A stretch of DNA of 63,999 nucleotides, the filler included, from Choristocarpus tenellus KU-1152 (taxonomy: Eukaryota > Protista > Phaeophyceae), in assembly GCA_964200185.2 (NCBI GenBank). It is 12 parts of 12 records of this genome, joined end to end, with 100 filler letters (N's around TTAATTAATTAA, not from the genome) between each part and the next. Parts side by side here need not be neighbours in the genome. Positions count along the whole stretch, not along the records: positions 52,825 to 56,238 come from CAXNAD020020206.1; positions 56,339 to 59,597 come from CAXNAD020021207.1; positions 59,698 to 63,999 come from CAXNAD020015213.1; 9 more parts are not named here. One strand, given 5' to 3'. Each line of letters opens with the position of its first letter. The stretch's first letter is position 1. A model generated the notes under the pieces. That model did not search any database and was not told the DNA's origin. It worked only from the letters and a program-made list of their open reading frames with translations. The position numbers were made by a program, and so were the translations under genes. This document shows, piece by piece, positions 52,725 through 63,822 of this stretch.

Positions 52725-54055
52725 NNNNNNNNNNNNNNNNNNNNNNNNNNNNNNNNNNNNNNNNNNNNTTAATTAATTAANNNNNNNNNNNNNNNNNNNN
52801 NNNNNNNNNNNNNNNNNNNNNNNNTGTTGGTGGGGGGGGGGGGGGGGGTGCGTGGGGTGTGGGTTCGGTGACTAATCCAGGAAAATTTCAGGCATTTGCC
52901 AACTAAGAAGTCAGAAGGCTTTGGATCAGAATGGATGTATGCCTACCACTGGCAGGGTAAGTCATTCAGCTTCTTGCCACCAACGATTTCTTACATGTGG
53001 TCATATCGCCCACAACCATATTTTTAAATACTGGGGGGGGGAAGCGGCCAAGGCAAGCAAGGAGGGTGAGGTGGTGGGCAATGGAGTGGGGGCTCCGGTT
53101 GTGCCATGGGTGAGAGGTGCTGTTCATGGCAGTGAAGGGAAGAGGATGAAACCGTTGAATTTCTCCACGGATGGTAACAGCAACGATGCCAAATTTGCAT
53201 GCATTAGACCCCCCTTATTATACTCTCATTGGTAATTTTCTTCGACAGGACCTGAGAAATTTCTCTCGGTGACATAGAATGATGTCTGGTACAATGTAAA
53301 AGAAAAAAAAAAAAGAGGAGTGGTAGTGTGACAGTAGTTGGCGAATTGTTGTAAGAGTCCCTGTATCGAGTCAGTCCCTTCACTGGTGGGTCAGTAACCA
53401 CGTAGGCTTCAGCGCAGACTTCAAGGCGTACAGTTAGTGTGTGTTCACAGATGGGTAAAGTTACAGGAATTGTGCCTGTACCTGTTTATGAAGATGAAAG
53501 GGTGTATGTGCAATTGTGTAAAATGTACTCATGCCAAGGTGCAGGTGCAGGTGCAGGCACAGGTACACAGGGGCGCATGTGTACCTGCATGCCATGTACA
53601 TGTTTAATAACATGTTGACTTCATGCATACACAAGCAAATTATGAACCTGTGTATTTTGCGAGCTGACGCTGAGTTAATTACATCATGAAACAATATCAC
53701 CAGAAGGGGAGGAACAGGTATGGAAGGGAGACTTAAGCCTATTCTTTTATCAAGGCTCTATTACGCCAACAATGGAAAACCCTGAAAAACGATACTAATT
53801 TAGAAATTTATATTTATTCAGGCCATCAAGGCAGCGATTCGACTCTCTACAACTCCACCCCTCACTTCCTTCTTCTACTAGATGGGAATGGGGTTTTGAG
53901 CAGAGATAAAGCCCCCTTTCACAAAGTTCCCACATCCACATATGCCTCTTCTCATCACACACACTTGGATCCTTCAAACAAAACCATGTGGCAGGTACAT
54001 ATCAAGAATACAAGAAGGCCACAAAGAGCTCTCTTAGAGAGCATAATGGATGCAT

Positions 54056-54088
<33 letters not shown>

Positions 54089-54708
54089 CAGTAATAATGA
54101 AGCACACTGCATTGCCTTTTGCACTGCAGTTCAGGCAAGACTGAACAAGCCTTCAGTTCATCATCTGGATAACATTAACACAGAGAAGTGGGGGCAGGCA
54201 GGGGGCATACACACAAGGTCCTTGATATCCTTGATTCAACAATACCATGGTCCTGTACCCATTCATCTTAGCCCGGTAGGGGCAAGGATAAGGCTAGAAC
54301 CAGCCACCAGCCCTGAATGCAATGAGAAAGAAGTAGCGCGTATGCAGGCCTACAAAATACAAAAAAAAAATGTCCAGAGTATGCTCCCTTTTCGCATTAG
54401 TAAAAAAAAAAAAAGCAAACAGAAAATAAACTCAAAGATTCAAACCCCAAAATCCATGAAAACAAGTCAGTGGGAAGAACTTCAAGCTCTTACCCCTTCT
54501 ATTCACAGTTCATCCGGAAGGTCACAAGCCTGAACATCTCAAAGTCGACACCAAAGGTGTTGTAGGTGTTATGTGGTCACCTGCTCTGACCTCCCAGAGG
54601 CACGATGGCACGGCAGCAAGCACAACCCCCTTCCTTCCATTCCTTGCTCCTCCCCAAAAACTTTTAAGGCATGGCAGCTCCCTTGCACTTCTCTATCCCT
54701 GCTTTCAT

Positions 54709-54759
<51 letters not shown>

Positions 54760-54953
54760 TATCCCCCCCTTTTCCACCCCAACCCCCTAAAGGCCCGGGG
54801 GGGCCCCAATTTTTTTNNNNNNNNNNCCTTTCCCCCCCCCCAAAACTTTTTACGCCCGCCCCCCCCCCCCCCCCTCTCTCTCCCCCCCTTCTCAGCCCCC
54901 CCCCCCCCCCCCCCCTAACCCATCCCCCCCTCCTAGGGCAAAGTATCTCTCAC

Positions 54954-56201
54954 TTGTCAACAGCAACATCGTAGAGCTCCGGGAGGGCCCGATATTTTTT
55001 CCACAGTCGATACAGAAGGGAGTAAGTAGCTTCTGCTGCCTTTAGGTCACCTGCTGAAACTTGAACTGCTGGCCAAAACGCCTGAAGAGCGCTGACACGG
55101 TAGTTATACGGAATCTGCATGGGAATGCATCAAGAAGAGGGTAATTGGGGGGGAGGGGGGGGAATAGAACATAAGAGTCAAGAAAAAAATAGTCTGGATA
55201 ATACTCGTGGTCACCATTTGAAGTATGAGCAATACTAGCCTGCATTACCCATTCAAGTGTTTGATGTAGGGATACCTCCTGCTAATTGGGCTACTCTTAA
55301 GCACCACAAAATGTATTTTGTGCAAACATCAGAATTTAGTTGGGTCTTGTCCATCATCAGTTGTGTGTTTGTGCAGATGTTCGTGTGCACACTCACATCC
55401 GTCACATCACAGTAGTAGTGTAATTTTTTATGTTGGATATCTACCTCTTCCACGTCCAGGGTTAACATATGAAGATACACCTAGCTGTCTTCTTTCTGTA
55501 CTGTAAGCAGATCTCCAGATAGGTACACCAGAAACTATGAAGAACCATGCAGCTGCATCTCATAGACTGCTCCCCACCATGTGGGTCCAAGCATCCTACT
55601 ACACCACGTCACTCTAGCAACTGGTCAAGACTGTTACACATACCTCTTTTCCTTGCCTCATGTCCACCTCAATGTGCCAGCCCTCACCCCACACCAGATG
55701 TTGTTGCACAGCAGTGTATGCCTCAGCAAACATCGCCCCCATCTCTCCATCCTCCTCCTGGAAGAGCCGTCCCGACTTCTCTAGATACTCGTAGAACGAG
55801 TCCGTTCCGGCCCCAATTCCGGCATGCCGAGACGTCCATATGCCCTTCCTTCCGTCAATGTCAGCCCCGACCAGGCCCAGTGGACTACGGATGCCCCAGA
55901 GCGCTGCTACGGAGCGCCTTGCTGCCAACTCGAAAGACGAGTCACCAGTTAGCCTTGAGAGCACTCCAAATTCGAGCAGGAAGGTTCCTGCTGCAGCCGT
56001 GCAAGTAGACAACGTCTCTCCAGGAATGACTCCTCTCTTGAGGTTTACGCGGTGCACCGGGATACCATGGGGGGTATCGAAGGCTGGAAGGAGCCTTCGC
56101 CCCACGTCATAAGCTAGTGTGAGAAGGCCCCCATCATACCAACCTGGAGGACCGAATCGACCGCTGGGACTGAGCTCTGTGGCGATCTGATGCGCGCTCA
56201 A
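54954..56201 (-). CDS. EDEM: ER degradation-enhancing alpha-mannosidase-like protein (GH47), internal exons
   Basis: Exons 56201-55644 and 55114-54954 with a phase-0 junction. Motifs LSAH, RLLPAFDTPHGIP, TCTAAAGTFLLEFGVLSRLTGD, GIGAGTDSFYEYL, SALQAFWP, LPE. Confidence 0.92.
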
Positions 56202-56338
56202 CTGCCAGGGGAAAGGTGAGTTGAACGGTGAGAGGGGCNNNNNNNNNNNNNNNNNNNNNNNNNNNNNNNNNNNNNNNNNNNNTTAATTAATTAANNNNNN
56301 NNNNNNNNNNNNNNNNNNNNNNNNNNNNNNNNNNNNNN

Positions 56339-57959
56339 CCCCGTCGACCTCCCTGTGTAGGAAGGGTGCCCAGGTGTCCCTGAATACCAGGATTGCGCTT
56401 GCAGTGTGACGCACCCTTGCAATGGTCCCTGCTGAGCATAAACTGCCACAGCACGTTGGGCCGGCCCTTGCAGCGGAGTTTGGAGTGTCCGAGCATTACA
56501 TGCAAAGGCTCCGGGAGGACGTCACCGATCAGCTTGCCCGTAGCCACACGCTTGACCAAGGGGTGACACCACGTAGTGGGCGGCCTTCGGAGGTCACACC
56601 GACCAAGATGGCCGCAATACATAGTATCAACTCCGATAGTCAGTCATCCACAGTGTGTCAGGTGACAATGAAGATGGCTACTAAGGGGCTTAATTACAGC
56701 ACGAGCACCATAAACAGATGGTTGGATGACATGGGGGCCATGCCGAATCTCTGCCGTATCAAACCCAAGCTTAAATCATGGCAAAAGGTATGGAGAATGG
56801 GCATTGTTTGCGATCGGAAACGTGGTGTGTACGCCTCCATGGCAAACACAATCCATGTGGATAAACCTGGTTTTACGAGATGGTTGATGGGGAAAGGGTT
56901 AGGGTGTTTCCACATGAACATGTCAATATTGCAATTTTGATGTGATTTTGGTCATCGTGTTTGTTAGGTAGTAGTGTCAATATCCTTGTTCCGGACACAC
57001 CTTTTCATAACTTACACATTTTACCTACTCCGAAATATTTTGAGCAGCAAAATGTCACAAAAAATATATATATGGGAAACCAAGCCCCCAACGGACAAAC
57101 AGAGCAAATCTGGTACCCTCTGAGATACGTTCACTCGTCATATCCCTAAAACCATGATCATTGCAACCAATGGCCGCCTAGATTTGGCTCACAGCTTTGA
57201 TGGAAAGCTTGGTGTTTGGCGTGTGTGTACGCCAAAAACGGCAGACACTAAAAGCAAGAACCATAAAAGGGGTGTGTGTATGAGCAGGACTATACCCTAG
57301 ACCATTTGTGGTACAGGAAGATTTACACGGAGGAGTTACTGCCTGCAATCAAGACCAAGATGCCTTGGTTGCAGGGGAAGCACGTTGTCGTTCAGCAAGA
57401 CAGTGCCACCCCCCACATGGGCAAGAGCAACTCAGAAATCTAGTCAGGGGCAGGGAAGACTGAGGGGTGGTCGATTCAGCTTGTGACGCAACCATCTAAC
57501 TCCCCCAACCTCAATATCATGGCCCTGTGCTTATTCAGGTATTTGAAATGCCGGGTGATGGGGGAGCGGATTGGGTCCATCGAGGAGATGGTGAAGGTCA
57601 TTGAGAACAGTAGAACAGTGTGGGGAATATGATGAAACCACACTTGAGAGGGCTTGGCAGCTCCTTTTTGTGGTGTACAATCAAGTACTTAGATACAACG
57701 GGGGGAATGACTTCAGTGTGGAGCACACAGGGGTAGGGAAGAGGCAGTTGTCTGGTGAGTTTGAAAACACGCCGAAGGTAGACATGGAGACTTTTGCTGT
57801 GGCTGATAAAATTGTGATGGATAGGGGGTAATAATAATAAATAGATCTGACCCTAACCAGAAATTCGACAAGGATTCCAACTCTTCTCTCAGAAATTAAT
57901 TTTATCAACATCTTCAAACGTTATCGACAACGTAGCACAGATGCATGGCACGGGGGTAG
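56339..57959 (+). mobile_element. Degenerate mariner (DD39D-like, 40-residue spacing), second copy
   Basis: HTH region with SGRPS, IHVDK, VVQQDSATPH...QPSNSPNLNIM. Right end GGCACGGGGGTAG|TA; homologous to 29365-30505. Confidence 0.9.
56924..57136 (-). mobile_element. MITE family B inserted in the mariner transposase
   Basis: Reverse complement of B ending gagatacgttcactc; the other end and adjacent transposase codons are deleted relative to the 29365 copy. Confidence 0.88.
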
Positions 57960-57961
57960 TA

Positions 57962-58098
57962 TGTTATGGGAAAGTGTGTCTGGAACAGGGATATTGACGC
58001 TTCCCAACAAACTCGATAGCCAAAATTACTTCAAAATCGCAACATTGGATTTCGGCCCCCAAACGGACGCAGCTCTACCCTCAAAGGCACTTTGACTC
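57962..58098 (+). mobile_element. MITE family B 3' half (target of the mariner insertion)
   Basis: B sequence resumes right after the mariner TA and ends ctttgactc. Confidence 0.85.
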
Positions 58099-58110
58099 AG
58101 GACACGATTT

Positions 58111-58369
58111 GTGTGAAAGTATCTTAGATGGTACGCGAGTTTATCCCTGTTTGTCCATTTGGGGCTTGGCTTCCCACAGGTATTTGTTGACATTTTACCT
58201 ACTCCAAAATGTTTCGAAGGAGGAAAGATGTATACGTTATGAAAATTTTGTCTGGAACAAGGATATTGACATCTCCTAACAAACATGATAGCCAAAATTA
58301 CATAAAATTGCAACATTGGATTTCAGCACGCAAATGGACGCGGCTCTACCCTCTAAGATGCTTTAACAA
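58111..58369 (+). mobile_element. MITE family B, complete
   Basis: GTGTGAAAGTATCTTAGATGGTA ... TACCCTCTAAGATGCTTTAACAA; flanks TTT/TCT. Confidence 0.9.
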
Positions 58370-58539
58370 TCTAATCTCCATGAGGACAACATCGCACCCA
58401 TCAGGAAGACCTGCAACTTTCAATGGTGTCTGGGTGATCCTGGGTGCAGGGAACAAGGCTGCTCTGCATTTTAAGAACAAGAACGGCTTGTACACCAGCA
58501 TGGTCCAAAGACCAGAGCTGGAAGCTCAACTCTGTTGGT

Positions 58540-59152
58540 GGCATCATCCAAAAACATGGACATCATGTATATGCATCAACGGCTAGGACATCCTCATGAG
58601 TAGTACACGAGGGACACAGCGATGAGATACGACATTGAGGTTACGGGCAACTGGGCGCCTTGTGTACGGTGCTCAAAGGCAAAGGGCCATCGACTCCCTG
58701 TGGCTAAGACTACGGAAAACCGGTCTGACAAGAAGTTGGGCCAAATGTTCTGTGTTCTGAGTGGCTCTAAACTGGTTGTCAACCTGTGGGGAAACCACTA
58801 CAGCATCATATTTGTTGACGATTACACATGAGTGAAGTGGGTGAGCTTCATGAAGACCAAGGATCAAGCATCAACTAAACTGAAGTAGTTTATTGCAAAC
58901 ATGACAAAACCCGCTGGACTGACAATTGGAGCTATACGCACCAATTAGGGCAGCGAGTTCAACGAAGAATTCGACAAAGTACTTGTCAAGATGGAAATTC
59001 TGCTTGAAAGAACACTAGCTGACAGAGACCCCAGTACAATGGTATGGCAGAAAGGGCACAGGGGATTGAAACAGAAAGGAGCATGGCCGTGATGGAGAGC
59101 TCAGAGGAAGCCCACAGCAGGAGACTGTGGGCGGAGGCAATTGACATGGCAT
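58540..59152 (+). mobile_element. Ty1/copia integrase remnant
   Basis: HQRLGH...CVRCSKAK, IFVDDYT, IRTN*GSEF, PQYNGMAER, LWAEA; several stops. Confidence 0.88.
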
Positions 59153-59485
59153 GATCAAAAGCATTTGAGAGGGTAGGGCCACATCCATTCTGGGTCATAA
59201 ATTTAGTGTTGCGATTTTGATGTAATTTTGGCTATCGTGTTTGTCAGCAAGTGTCAATATCCTTATGAGTGAAAGTATCTTAGAGGGTACGAGTTTTGCC
59301 CTGTTTGTCCATTTGGGGCTTAGCTTCCCTCGGGGTTTTTTATGACATTTTCCTACTCGAAAATATTTCGGAGTAGGCAAAATGTATACGTTATGAAAAG
59401 GTGTGTCCGGAACAAGGATATTGGCACTTCTTAACAAACATGATAGCCAAAATTACGTTGAAATCGCAGCATTGGATTTTGGCTC
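59153..59485. mobile_element. Nested MITE B pair (minus copy interrupted at 59267 by a plus copy)
   Basis: Reverse-complement B from 59153 stops at caatatccttat, then GAGTGAAAGTATCTTAGAGGGTA begins. Confidence 0.85.
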
Positions 59486-59697
59486 ATCTCGGCTTCCATA
59501 GCATTTGCATTCTCTGCCAGAATTCCATCCTCAAGATCGAGGCGAATGGCTTTTTCTTCGAACGATACGGCTTCCACCGAGATCCACACACTAGCTGNNN
59601 NNNNNNNNNNNNNNNNNNNNNNNNNNNNNNNNNNNNNNNNNTTAATTAATTAANNNNNNNNNNNNNNNNNNNNNNNNNNNNNNNNNNNNNNNNNNNN

Positions 59698-59752
59698 ATG
59701 AAAAAATTGACCCCAAATGGACAGCCGCCACCCCCCCCAGATACTTTGAGCC
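59698..59752 (+). mobile_element. MITE family A right end at contig start
   Basis: CCAAATGGACAGCCGCCA-polyC-AGATACTTTGAGCC. Confidence 0.88.
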
Positions 59753-60110
59753 ATTCGTCGGTGTAGACTGGCATAGGAACTTACATGAGGAAGGCCATAA
59801 AATGAGCACCACTTTCGAGTGCGGCCTGCACTTCTTCAGACCCGCATCTTTTGCCTTTGTCGCTGATTTCGCATGTGCATGCGCAAGTGTGTTGTCCATC
59901 ATCGCCAAAGAACGTCCTCGTATGTACTTTCTTCCAGTTCTCTCTTAGGCATTGAACCTGGAGGTCGGTGGTCATGTGGTGAATGCAAACACACGATCTG
60001 TGTTGCGTGGAAGAGTGGAGGGAGGGATACGGTGGGTTAGCTCCCCTTGTGTGTGGACACGGATGGTGGAGTATATGACTGGGTGCCCTGTGGCGGTTAG
60101 GAAACATAGT

Positions 60111-60370
60111 GAGTGAAAGTATATTAGAGGGTAGGAGTTTTGCCCTGTTTCTTCTTTGGGGCTTGGCTTCCCGTGGGGTATTTTTATGACATTTTCCAAC
60201 TCCAAAATGTTTCGGAGTTTGTAAAATGTATACGTCATGAAACGGTGTGTCCGGAACAAGGATATTGACCCTTCCTAACAAACAAGATAACTAAAAATTA
60301 AATCAAAATTGTAACATTTGATTCTGACCCCTAAATGGACGCGGCTCTACCCTCCAAGATACTTTGCCTA
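60111..60370 (+). mobile_element. MITE family B, complete (260 bp), TSD AGT
   Basis: GAGTGAAAGTATATTAGAGGGTA ... TACCCTCCAAGATACTTTGCCTA, flanked by AGT on both sides. Confidence 0.92.
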
Positions 60371-60383
60371 AGTTTTTCCCAAT

Positions 60384-61245
60384 GAGTGAAAGTAGCTTAG
60401 AGGGTGTGAATATTGCCCTGTTTGTCCATTTGGGGCTTGGCTTCCTGTGGGTTTTTTTATTACATTTTCCTACTTGTCTGATGTTTTGGAGCAGATAAAA
60501 TGTACATACGTTATGAAAAGGTGTGAGTGAAAGTATGTTGGAGAGTACGAGTTTTGCCCTGTTTGTCCATTTGAGGCTTGTCTTCCCATGGTTTTCTTTT
60601 ATTTCATTTTCCTACTGCAAAACGTTTCGGAGTAGTTGAAATTTATATGTTATGAGAAGGTGTTCCTGGACCAAGGGAAGACCCAAAGTATCTGGGGGGG
60701 GGGGGGGGGGGGGGCTACACCGAGTGGTCTCTTNNNNNNNNNNGTTTGAGGGTGGGGGGGGAGGGGAGGCAGGAGAGGGGCGGAGGGGGGGGGGGGGGGG
60801 GGGGTGGGGGTGGGGGTCTACACCAGAGTGTCCATTTGGACCAACACCAGGAAAAGATCACTTTCACGATCCATCCAAAGTATGGAACCAAATCACCCAA
60901 ATATCGCGACATGAAAAATTGGCCCCAAATGGACAGTTGCCACCCCTCCCAGATATTTGAGCCAGGGTCAAAAACGGACGCCGGCACCCCCCCCCCCAGA
61001 TACTTTGATTCGGAACTCACACTTACTAACAAGCACGATTGCCAAAATCATATCAAAATCTTAACATTGGAATTTGGCCCTCAACTGGACGATGGCCTAC
61101 CCTCTAAGATACTTTGGCTCTGTGTCCAGAACATGGATATTGACACTTCGTAACAAACGCGATGGCCAAAAATTCCATGAAAATCGCAACATTGGATTTT
61201 GGCCCCCACATGGACACGGCTCTACCCTCTAAGATACATTGGCTC
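60384..61245 (+). mobile_element. Nested MITE cluster: B (TSD AAT) containing B 60525-61120 (TSD TGT) containing A/C 60680-61011
   Basis: Removing the inner B and one TSD restores the consensus aaaaggtgtgtcc.gaaca.ggatattgac. Confidence 0.9.
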
Positions 61246-63220
61246 AATCATCACTGTAGCGTGTGTCCTAAAAAACGAAAGACTATTCCGCACACAACTT
61301 GGCGTGGCCTTTGTGATGTAGAACGGTCTCCACTTGACGAATGCCGAGACAGACAGGGTATTGGTCCCGACATCCCCTCCTGTTCGAATCTCTTCCTGAA
61401 GTTGGCGTAGACATCCTCATCTGTCCCAATCTGTGACCTGCTGTCACGTTGGTTGCGCCACACATATGTAGTGTAGTGTTAGAGTTGTGTTGGTCGAGGA
61501 TGAACATGTTACAATGATTAATCCATAAAGTGTCGAGGGTGGATATGCACAATATTTGTGAGGACGACACTCGCTAGTGTAGAGTACCTCTGAGCATGCT
61601 GTTGGCACAGTGCATCCGGGCGACAAACTCTCTTGTTCATATGCGGGTCTAAGTAGTGCATGACCTGGGTGGAATTGTGAGATGTGACCGGATCGTGGGG
61701 TATGGCGGTGCTGTTGCTCTCCCATATGGTGATACCATGAACATGTGCATCGGGATGCTGCACATCGAACCGTCGCGAGGAGCTGTACCTTCTCACGTTG
61801 AATACCCTTGGTCTGTTGTGTTGTCTGAGGTGACGATGAGAGATGTGGGGTGTGTGTCGGTTGTGCACAGGGATATGAGGGATCATCCAGGCACCTGTTA
61901 GTGATGAATTTTTTTTCGGCATATGGTAGACGTGTTCGCCCGGGGGCCAAGTTATGTGTGTCACACCATTGATGGTTGACGAGATCGAACTTCCATACCC
62001 GTGGGTGGTGTCTTAAGGAGAGGTGTCGGATACGGGAGATGATCTTCCATTGTCATAGGCAGCCGATTCGGAGGGGCTCGCTTGTCGCAGTATGTCTCGC
62101 ATGAATTCCGTGCGTTTATTGGCGGATGACCTTAGTGTGTCGACGTTGATGTCGTATTTTCTTGCTGTGACGGACAGAAGGGGTTGAAACGTCGATGTCA
62201 CCCCGTCATCGCCTATTTCAACATCAGGAGCGATGCCGACAAGGATGGATTTGTATACCTGGCGGGTGTGGTGGGTGCTAACATCTTTCTTTAGACATTG
62301 TAGGAATGTCTTGACTTGGAGATCAGGTGTGGACTCGCGATGTTCCCGAGCCAGCACAACCCGCAGCGCGCTTGCCAATGGTGCAAATCTGCTTCTCTCG
62401 TCCAACAGCCAAGAGGCAAGGTCGTTCCAAGTATGGCTTCTTCCTTCCATCTCTTCTGGACCATCATGGTTGGCAAACATGGAGAGGAAGAGGTCCATGA
62501 TCTGGTGGTCCGATTTGGATTTCTTCCACAAACGAGCGGCTCTGGTCTTGGGCAGTCTCTTTACTCCCCAGTTCCTGAGTGGGATCCAAAGGAGGTTACG
62601 AAATGGGTTGGATGGGTTTTTTTCCCTTTGATATTAAGGATGTATGTTCATGATGCGAAGATACATAATACTGTATCTTTGTTTGGTGGAAGGGGCTTGC
62701 ACAATGTTTGGTCACGAAGTGTTCCATGGAATACGGCCGTGTTGGATGACACCTCACTTTGAAAGAGTGGAGAAGGGTGTGTTTGATACATCAAGAACTG
62801 AAACCACCCCGATTAGAATATCCTGACAAGGTATGCATCGTAGATGCGGTCAATCACGAGCAACATCTAAAAGGTTACGAAAACGTACCATGAAGCATGT
62901 AGGACTAAGTGAGTGTGGACAGTTTGTCGAACGGTAGAGCGTATGTTTTAGTCTGAATTTTTTATTCGGAAACAGCTCACAAGTGCATGTCGGTGTCACT
63001 TCTGACACTATTGGCGCATGTTTATACAATAATTGACGTGTTCTGTCGAACGGTAAAGTAAAGTGTAGGATGGGTTTTGTGTGGTGTAAGGGATACTGAA
63101 CGTTTCATGTGATGTAGGTTAGCACGTATTCCCACATGCACGTACCATTGTATGCGCTCCTTTCTCTGTGGGGGATACGGTTGCGATTGAGTTTAGTGGT
63201 AAGTCGAGAACAATGGTTTG

Positions 63221-63497
63221 GAGGCGTGTGGCTTCAAAGAGGTTAGCATATGTGGACAGCGCAACTTTTGCCATACTTTGCCGTACGGTAAAGTATGGCG
63301 AAAATGACTTGAGGCGAGTGGCCTGAAAAATTTTGGCATATGGCCCGCCACAACTTTCGCCACACTTGGTCGTATGACAAAGTACGGCAAAAATGACATG
63401 ATGTGTGTGGCTTCAAGTAAGGTAGTATGTGGACAGCCGCACTTTTTCTGATACTTTGTCGAACGGTAAAGTATGGCGAAAATGACATGAGGTGAGT
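63221..63497. repeat. 89-90-bp tandem repeat x3 with internal palindrome
   Basis: Units start at 63221, 63311 and 63400. Each contains ATACTTTG-CGTACGG-TAAAGTAT-like dyads; further GTCGAACGGTA copies lie near 62926 and 63045. Confidence 0.88.
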
Positions 63498-63619
63498 AGA
63501 TGAAGGGAGGGCGAAACATTACTTGGGATTATTTTATTATTGTGTAAGGGTGAGAGAAGGTGTCAGGGTTAGGGCACAGGGTTAGGGTCGGGACGGGTGC
63601 TAGGGTTGGGATCGAAAAC

Positions 63620-63822
63620 AGGAACTGGAATGAACATCGTTCGGTTCCGATACTTATCGAAACGAGGATATTGGCGAACACGAACTTCGTCGTTGGGTTT
63701 CGTTCTGCTCTTGATAGGAGAACGTGTGCGTCACCGGTTCCGAACCATGGTGGAAGTGGTGAACACAACGTCTCTTTGATTTCGAATTCAAATGTGCGAT
63801 TTCGGAAGGATATGGTGACCAT
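63620..63822 (-). pseudogene. Second copy of ORF-X
   Basis: Nucleotide homology to 18583-18770; open frame MVTISFRNRTFEFEIKETLCSPLPPWFGTGDAHVLLSRAERNPTTKF. Confidence 0.5.

Larger units (their letters stand above)
59785..62630 (-). pseudogene. Spliced, disrupted DNA-transposase-like gene (N-terminal part; RPF...CxCxxH motif, Sola2-like by recognition)
   Basis: Approximate exons 62630-61895, 61812-61588, 61437-61298, 59997-59785. They give ...HAQR|SQIGTDEDVYANFRKRF...(frameshift)AFVKWRPFYITKATPR|SCVCIHHM...CACTCE...C. One donor is degenerate, and stops/frameshifts are present. Confidence 0.62.

Noticed and set aside
54569-54918. Poly-Pro/poly-Gly ORFs (also 60652-61153)
   Set aside because: These are translations of low-quality homopolymer runs around 10-N gaps.
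54935-54953. MITE-like AGGGCAAAGTATCT overlapping the EDEM donor region
   Set aside because: Only about 10 matching bases, with no interior or second end. It could be chance.
58026-58586. Recurring short ORFs such as ILVPDTPFH, KPSPKWTNR, SIWGGG as a protein family
   Set aside because: They are chance translations of non-coding MITE A/B copies; frames and stops differ between copies.
63221-63497. CRISPR-like palindromic repeats
   Set aside because: The whole 90-bp unit is homologous between copies, so there are no unique spacers.
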